Below are positions 25,124-29,965 of a stretch of DNA of 29,965 nt, piece after piece (the first letter of the stretch is position 1; each line of letters begins with the position of its first letter). Under the pieces are notes generated by a model, which saw only the letters and a program-made list of their open reading frames with translations, had not been told where the DNA came from and searched no databases. A program made the translations under genes and the position numbers. The stretch comes from a virus (lineage: Duplodnaviria > Caudoviricetes), in IMG/VR virus record IMGVR_UViG_3300044846_001141, positions 1-29,965 of that record. The stretch is one strand, 5' to 3'.

Positions 25124-25352
25124 ATAACACAAAAACTTTAAATTGTTCGTCTTCTAATTGTTTGATTCTATGCTTTTGAAGTTCCGACAATTTCCCAGTG
25201 GGTGCTTTCACTTCAATAAAAATTGTTTCGCCGTTACGCAAACACATTAAATCCGGAATTCCGTTTGTGTTTGTTTTAATTAATTTGACAACAATCCAAC
25301 CTTCGGATTGATAGCGCTTAATTATCTTCTTTTGTATCTGCGACTCTAACAT
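25116..25352 (-). CDS. VRR-NUC domain nuclease / resolvase
   Basis: E..IQ, GIPD, FIEVK and LSELQ PD-(D/E)xK pattern. Confidence 0.9.
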   Translation of the reverse strand: MLESQIQKKIIKRYQSEGWIVVKLIKTNTNGIPDLMCLRNGETIFIEVKAPTGKLSELQKHRIKQLEDEQFKVFVLYE

Positions 25353-25563
25353 TTAAAACTTTGTTTGTGTAATATTCAAGCAAATGTTTGTTGACGTTTT
25401 GCCAATAGATTAATTTTTTCTTTGAGCAATTTTTAATCATTTCATTGATTAAAATTTTGCACGAAAAGAATGCCACGTCTTCAAGCATTTTATTAACGTC
25501 GTCGTTTGCCGTTTGAAACGTGAATTGTTTATACAATTGTTCGGCTTTGTTTTGTTCGGTCAT
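25318..25563 (-). CDS. Hypothetical protein (81 aa)
   Basis: ORF track; tightly packed. Confidence 0.7.
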   Translation of the reverse strand: MTEQNKAEQLYKQFTFQTANDDVNKMLEDVAFFSCKILINEMIKNCSKKKLIYWQNVNKHLLEYYTNKVLNVRVADTKEDN

Positions 25564-25570
25564 TTGTTAT

Positions 25571-25735
25571 TTATTTAAAAAAATTACCCCAATGTAAAAT
25601 TAAAATCCATATAAAAACGTTAAATAATGTTCTCCAAAAATTGTGATTTTCTTCTTTTGGTTTTCCGTGCAAATTTGCACTTAATAATAATGCAATAAAA
25701 AATATTGCTAAAATTGTGATTTGAGGTGCTGTCAT
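25571..25735 (-). CDS. Small two-TM membrane protein (54 aa, start MTAPQ)
   Basis: 3' part of ORF 25571..25834; the ATG is 1 nt after the upstream stop. Confidence 0.65.
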   Translation of the reverse strand: MTAPQITILAIFFIALLLSANLHGKPKEENHNFWRTLFNVFIWILILHWGNFFK

Positions 25736-25736
25736 T

Positions 25737-25949
25737 TTAAAATAGTTTGATTGTTTCGTTTTCTTCTTTTGAAATTTCAATTTCGTAATGTGATGTTTCG
25801 TTTGTTCCGTTTGATAAATAATATAAAAAACCATTTGGACGCATTAAAATGCCGGTGATAATTCTTGGACGTTGTTCGGAATCGGTCTTTAAAAAGACAA
25901 TGTCGCCAATATCAAAAACAATGTTATTATTTATTTTCATAATGTTCAA
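25737..25949 (-). CDS. Small SH3-like hypothetical protein
   Basis: FDIGDIVFLKTD...IITGI pattern. Confidence 0.65.
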   Translation of the reverse strand: MNIMKINNNIVFDIGDIVFLKTDSEQRPRIITGILMRPNGFLYYLSNGTNETSHYEIEISKEENETIKLF

Positions 25950-26151
25950 ATTTTGTTAAATCAACCCAAAAATCGTGATAAAAAACAACCTTATAATTAA
26001 AAGGATAACCAACTTTTGAATATTGACTTTCTGTTATTTCAATAGATATTTCCCTAAAATCTTCAAATTGTTTTTTTAACTTTTCAATTACTTCTATTGT
26101 GCTACAATTGGAATCAAAAATTATTTCTGATTTTATAGTTCTTTTTACCAT
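25927..26151 (-). CDS. Hypothetical protein (74 aa)
   Basis: ORF track; starts 1 nt after the helicase stop. Confidence 0.65.
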   Translation of the reverse strand: MVKRTIKSEIIFDSNCSTIEVIEKLKKQFEDFREISIEITESQYSKVGYPFNYKVVFYHDFWVDLTKFEHYENK

Positions 26152-26152
26152 T

Positions 26153-27364
26153 TTATAAATATTCAGTATTAAAATGTTTCAATGTGAAATCCTTTTTGTC
26201 AATCACTTTTTTATAAATTTGTTGTTCAATTCCGTTTCTTGAAAATATCCAATAAACGTCGTTAGATTTTCGATCCATTGTTGTAAGTCGGTCGCGACTT
26301 TGCCAATAAGACAACGCACTAAAATCAATATTATAATAAACCAAAACGTCTGCATTTTTTAAACTTATACCTTCACGACCGGAAACAATTTGTAAACCTA
26401 TACATTTATCGGTTGAATTAAATTCTTCCAATTCAGTTGTCAAAGAATCTTTGAAGACTGATTTTAATGCATTCAATTCTTGTTGGAACTTATAAAATAT
26501 TGCAATCTTTTTTCCTTTGAAATGTGATTGAATAAATTGCGCTTTTGAATCGTCAAGAACTTTTCCGTTTCCGGATTCAAAAATTATTGTTCCGCTTGAC
26601 AACTGGTGAATCTTTTGCATTAGTTTCACTTTAGTGTCGGCAACAATTTCTTCTTCCTTGCCAATTACAATCAAATCGCGTTTCAATTTGTTTATTATGT
26701 CAATTGTGCTTTGTTTTAAGTCACAAATAAGAACGTTTTCATTCACTTTTGTTTCAAATCCCGCTTCATTTTGGGTAAATTTAATAAAATATTTTGAAAC
26801 ACAATCATTTATTTTAGAAAAATTTGCATTTGAATAATCTTTTATGACTGCATAACCGAAATTTTTTTCTTGAATATGAACAAAATCCTTTGCCCAAGCA
26901 TAGAAATTCTTATAATTTTTGAATGGTGAATTGTTTGAAATCCAAAATTGGTGAAACAATTGCGAAAATGATTCGGGCGAAGGCGTTCCGGATAAAAAAA
27001 TCATTGGAAGATTTGCAAAATTAGCGCGAATAAATTTCGCTGACAAATTCGGCTTTGGATAAGTTCCGTTTCTATGATGTTCGTCCGAAATAATCAAATC
27101 GAATTTTCCGTCGATTTTATGCAACGATTCGTTGTTTATGACAACAAGTTCATATTTATAATTTAATGCGCTGAAATCGTCCAAAATCGATTGAATTGCT
27201 TTCTTTTTAGTTATAAATAAAACCCGTTTAAAATCATTTGCAATTGTTAAGGCGGTTGCGGTTTTTCCAGTTCTCACTTCCATTGCAAGGTAAACGATTC
27301 CGAATTGCTTCAAAATCGTTTTTCCTTTGTTTACAATGTCAAGTTGATAATCGCGTAAAATCAT
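26153..27364 (-). CDS. SF2 (SNF2-like) DNA helicase
   Basis: LRDYQ, RTGKT, DEHH, LSGTP, GISL and QSRDR motifs; the ATG at 27364 is ATGA-coupled. Confidence 0.9.
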   Translation of the reverse strand: MILRDYQLDIVNKGKTILKQFGIVYLAMEVRTGKTATALTIANDFKRVLFITKKKAIQSILDDFSALNYKYELVVINNESLHKIDGKFDLIISDEHHRNGTYPKPNLSAKFIRANFANLPMIFLSGTPSPESFSQLFHQFWISNNSPFKNYKNFYAWAKDFVHIQEKNFGYAVIKDYSNANFSKINDCVSKYFIKFTQNEAGFETKVNENVLICDLKQSTIDIINKLKRDLIVIGKEEEIVADTKVKLMQKIHQLSSGTIIFESGNGKVLDDSKAQFIQSHFKGKKIAIFYKFQQELNALKSVFKDSLTTELEEFNSTDKCIGLQIVSGREGISLKNADVLVYYNIDFSALSYWQSRDRLTTMDRKSNDVYWIFSRNGIEQQIYKKVIDKKDFTLKHFNTEYL

Positions 27365-27513
27365 AAGCAATCAATTTTTCTTAATTTAGCGGACGGATAA
27401 ATATTGAAGAAAATATCAATCGCGTTTTTGATGTCTTTGCCTTGAATAATTTGTTCGCGGTCTTGCGCTTCGTCGTTGCGCTCAATCCAATAGTAAAATA
27501 AAAATTGTTTCAT
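27361..27513 (-). CDS. Small hypothetical protein (50 aa, MKQFLFYYWIER...)
   Basis: Read manually; ATGA overlaps at both ends. Confidence 0.7.
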   Translation of the reverse strand: MKQFLFYYWIERNDEAQDREQIIQGKDIKNAIDIFFNIYPSAKLRKIDCL

Positions 27514-27623
27514 TTGAATTTTTGTTTTAAAATTTTATAATATAATCTATTCACCGATTCTTTGTTGCAACCACGTTTGTAGTAAAAATTCATAATTCTT
27601 TGGATTCGTTGCAAATTGCTCAT
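27510..27623 (-). CDS. Small basic protein (37 aa, MSNLQRIQRIMNFYYKRG...)
   Basis: Read manually; ATGA-coupled to the next gene. Confidence 0.65.
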   Translation of the reverse strand: MSNLQRIQRIMNFYYKRGCNKESVNRLYYKILKQKFK

Positions 27624-27625
27624 TG

Positions 27626-27925
27626 TCATAATTTATTGTTTTTAAGTTGATAATTGATAAACATTGCATTTAACGCGATTGCTTCCAAGTGACCAAATTC
27701 GCGTTGTTCGTCTTTGAAATTTCCTTTCATTACTTCGACAACGTGTCGAAACAATGATTGCTTCAATTTTTCAATTTCAATTGGCTTTTGCCAATTATAA
27801 GGTTGATATTTATTTTTGTTTGAATTCATTCGTTCGGCTAATTGCTGAATGAATTGAAAATCAATTTCGTAATTTGTTTTTTTGGCTTCTTCTTTGAATC
27901 CCAAAACTTCGTCTAAATGTGTCAT
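27626..27925 (-). CDS. DUF5664-like (dATP/dGTP diphosphohydrolase-related) protein
   Basis: KY..YNW.K...SLFRH...E..HLEAIALNAMF pattern. Confidence 0.7.
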   Translation of the reverse strand: MTHLDEVLGFKEEAKKTNYEIDFQFIQQLAERMNSNKNKYQPYNWQKPIEIEKLKQSLFRHVVEVMKGNFKDEQREFGHLEAIALNAMFINYQLKNNKL

Positions 27926-28128
27926 AAATTTTTTACTTTTTTAATATGTTCTAATATTATTTTTGATTCACCTTCTTTTAGTTTTATAAAAAACAAACTA
28001 TTATGATAATATTCCAAAATCTCAATTGCGTAATCGTCTGCGATTATTTCGCATTCTTCTGCGTTGTGATTTTCTTTTTCCCAACTTTCTTTTTTTGTAA
28101 ATTGAGAAAACTTTTCTTTTAGTGTCAT
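27922..28128 (-). CDS. Hypothetical protein (68 aa)
   Basis: ORF track; ATGA-coupled. Confidence 0.7.
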   Translation of the reverse strand: MTLKEKFSQFTKKESWEKENHNAEECEIIADDYAIEILEYYHNSLFFIKLKEGESKIILEHIKKVKNL

Positions 28129-28138
28129 AATTTATTTT

Positions 28139-29965
28139 TTAAAATGGAACTTCTTCGTTGTCTTTGTTTCCGGTATTGATTTGAAAATATCTTCCGACGT
28201 GATCCTTATCTTTTACAATTTCATAATCGTTAAATTTACAATATTCGTGAATCCATTTCAAGAATGTTTTTGAATTCATTAAATTAAATGATTTGTATTC
28301 GTTTGTAAATTTAGCCATTATTTCCGTATTATAAACGCGAACATTTTCCGGCAAATTTCCGTCAATTACCCAATCATAAAAATCTTTATTGGTTGACTGA
28401 ATTAATCGTTTGATGTCAGCATTAATTGAAACAGATTCAACAAGACCATTTTTCAAAAACTTTTTTAAGTTTGAAATCATATAATTGTCAAATTTAATCC
28501 AATCTTCAATTTCCCAAGAATCAAACAATAAACGTCCGTATTCGGTCAATGGATTTCTTTTGCCGTTGAAGTATTGGAAAAATTCAATTTCGTGTCTTCT
28601 TCGGTCGTGTGATGTTCCGCTTCCGTTGATGACATAATTTGTCGTAATTATGATTTTCGGTGAACGTTCAAACGGAATAAATATTTCGTCTTTGTTTTTT
28701 CTATTGATTGCAATTCCTTCCGTAATAATTGAAAACAATTGTTCGAAATCAAAGTTCTTTTTCACGTCGTCGAATGCTAAAATTTGAGTGTCCAACGTGA
28801 CACGTTGATAAACGAAATCGCCCTTTTTAGAATCAAACGACTTTCCGTCAATCTTTACAACCTTTTTAAAATTTGACAATGCTGAAATCATTAAAGATTT
28901 TCCCGATCCGCCGTTCGGATTGTCGTCAATTTCTTGGTCATTTATTATGATTGCTTTTTGGTCGGTTTTATCTTTGAATGAATGAATCAAATATCCAAGT
29001 GTATGTTCCAACGCATTGATTCGCTTTTGGTCGTCCGCTGAAACCTTTGCAACCATATTTTTAAAATCATTTTCAATGTCTTTTGATTCCACGAAATCGC
29101 GATTGATTATTTGGTTTTCCCAAATGTAGCCGTCAACGTCGATAAAATCAATCAAATCAACTTTGTTTTTTGTGATTTTTACAATACCATTTTGAAACGG
29201 AATGAATGCTTCGTTTCTTGAATCTTTTATCATTTTCAAGTCAATTGATTCAAGCATTGTCAAATAATAGTCACTAAATAATTGCGCCGACTTTGAACAA
29301 AAATTGAAAACTTCAATTTCGTTGCGTTCCAAAAGAAACTTCAACACAACGTCTTTGATAATATCAACGCTAGATTGTGTCACCTTGTTTGATTTTATAT
29401 GAACAAACGTTGGATTTGTAGCCGATTCCGGATAATATTTCTTAAATCCTTTTCGTTCAAGCCAGTATTTGTATTTCAGTGAATCAATTTTAATTGTCAC
29501 ATTTCCTTTTTTATCTTCGAATTTGTTCCAAAAGTCGTCGTCGTCGTTTATTTCTTTTACTTCGTCAATAATTGTTTCGTCGATTTTCAGCAAATTTGCT
29601 ATGTCTTTTTTTGGGATTCCTTTTGACAAATTCGATTTGATTCGTTCTATTTTGTTAATGTCTTCAAAATACTTTGAATTAAACGTGGCACGTTTATAAG
29701 CCGATTTGAAAAGCGTCAACAATTCGTTTTCAGAAAAATCACCAAACACAACGTTTGCATTTACATAATTGAACGCATAGTCTTGGTTTATTCCATATTC
29801 ACAAAGCGCGTTCGCTAAAATGAAAAGATTGTTGTTTCGTTCACCTGATTTGAAACCGAATTTGCTATCCCACCATTTCAACAAACGACGAATGATTTCG
29901 TCTTCGTCCGTCAACGGCAAAATTGGATTTCGTTCAAATACTGAATGTCCTTCTTCTTCGGTTAA
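28139..29965 (-). CDS. Primase-helicase, C-terminal part (PriCT-like plus P-loop helicase)
   Basis: GERNNNLF..A..L (PriCT), NGGSGKS Walker A, LAFDD Walker B, IITTN sensor. The frame is open to the window end and continues from 717. Confidence 0.9.
   Translation of the reverse strand, partial: LTEEEGHSVFERNPILPLTDEDEIIRRLLKWWDSKFGFKSGERNNNLFILANALCEYGINQDYAFNYVNANVVFGDFSENELLTLFKSAYKRATFNSKYFEDINKIERIKSNLSKGIPKKDIANLLKIDETIIDEVKEINDDDDFWNKFEDKKGNVTIKIDSLKYKYWLERKGFKKYYPESATNPTFVHIKSNKVTQSSVDIIKDVVLKFLLERNEIEVFNFCSKSAQLFSDYYLTMLESIDLKMIKDSRNEAFIPFQNGIVKITKNKVDLIDFIDVDGYIWENQIINRDFVESKDIENDFKNMVAKVSADDQKRINALEHTLGYLIHSFKDKTDQKAIIINDQEIDDNPNGGSGKSLMISALSNFKKVVKIDGKSFDSKKGDFVYQRVTLDTQILAFDDVKKNFDFEQLFSIITEGIAINRKNKDEIFIPFERSPKIIITTNYVINGSGTSHDRRRHEIEFFQYFNGKRNPLTEYGRLLFDSWEIEDWIKFDNYMISNLKKFLKNGLVESVSINADIKRLIQSTNKDFYDWVIDGNLPENVRVYNTEIMAKFTNEYKSFNLMNSKTFLKWIHEYCKFNDYEIVKDKDHVGRYFQINTGNKDNEEVPF
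29783..29965. repeat. Terminal direct repeat, copy 2
   Basis: 181/183 identical to 1-183. Confidence 0.97.

Larger units (their letters stand above)
1..29782 (-). mobile_element. Complete tailed dsDNA bacteriophage genome (siphovirus-like), probable Bacteroidota/Flavobacteriia host
   Basis: Terminase, portal, protease, capsid, tape measure, lysis and replication genes are all co-oriented. The ends overlap by 183 bp and an ORF reads through the junction. Host is inferred from promoter and start-region style. Confidence 0.93.

Noticed and set aside
38-29699. Plus-strand ORFs in the track (e.g. 449..724, 14941..15462, 23342..23842)
   Set aside because: They are antisense shadows of well-supported minus-strand genes, mostly Ser/Phe-rich and without recognisable motifs.
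1-29782. Integrative lysogeny module
   Set aside because: No integrase, recognisable att site, or divergent repressor pair; all supported genes are co-oriented.
29918-29920. TTG start for a 593-aa helicase
   Set aside because: Edge artefact; the frame continues through the overlap to the ATG at 717.
1-29965. Stop-codon reassignment
   Set aside because: Genes are intact and tightly packed in code 11; TAA, TGA and TAG all end genes at sensible junctions.

Overview
This window is an apparently complete, circularly assembled tailed dsDNA phage genome. The unique length is 29,782 bp, and bases 1-183 are repeated at 29783-29965 with two synonymous differences. Essentially all genes are on the minus strand. 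The host is probably Bacteroidota (Flavobacteriia), inferred from A-rich Shine-Dalgarno-less start regions, TAnnTTTG-type promoters, a signal peptide followed by Gln, and a flavobacterial-type Fur-box palindrome. In transcription order the modules are: early genes (SSB-like, DnaA-domain-IV-like HTH); a 786-aa primase-helicase crossing the contig junction; DUF5664-like nucleotide hydrolase, SF2 helicase, VRR-NUC and ECF-like sigma factor; terminase small and large subunits; a ~500-bp control region; a tail module placed before the head module; protease/scaffold, capsid, major tail, portal-MuF-like fusion and adaptor; tail fibre; lysis cassette; and a stand-alone metallophosphoesterase. I saw no integrase, DNA polymerase, tRNA or CRISPR array. 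The most interesting signals are non-coding: two Fur-box-like palindromes before the early and tail operons (possible host-iron-gated phage programme), GACGCAAA iteron clusters at two distant loci (possible bipartite origin), candidate late promoters, a candidate sRNA and a -1 frameshift site. A spanin-position gene that looks beta-strand-anchored rather than lipid-anchored also stands out. All family calls are by-eye motif recognition, not database searches.
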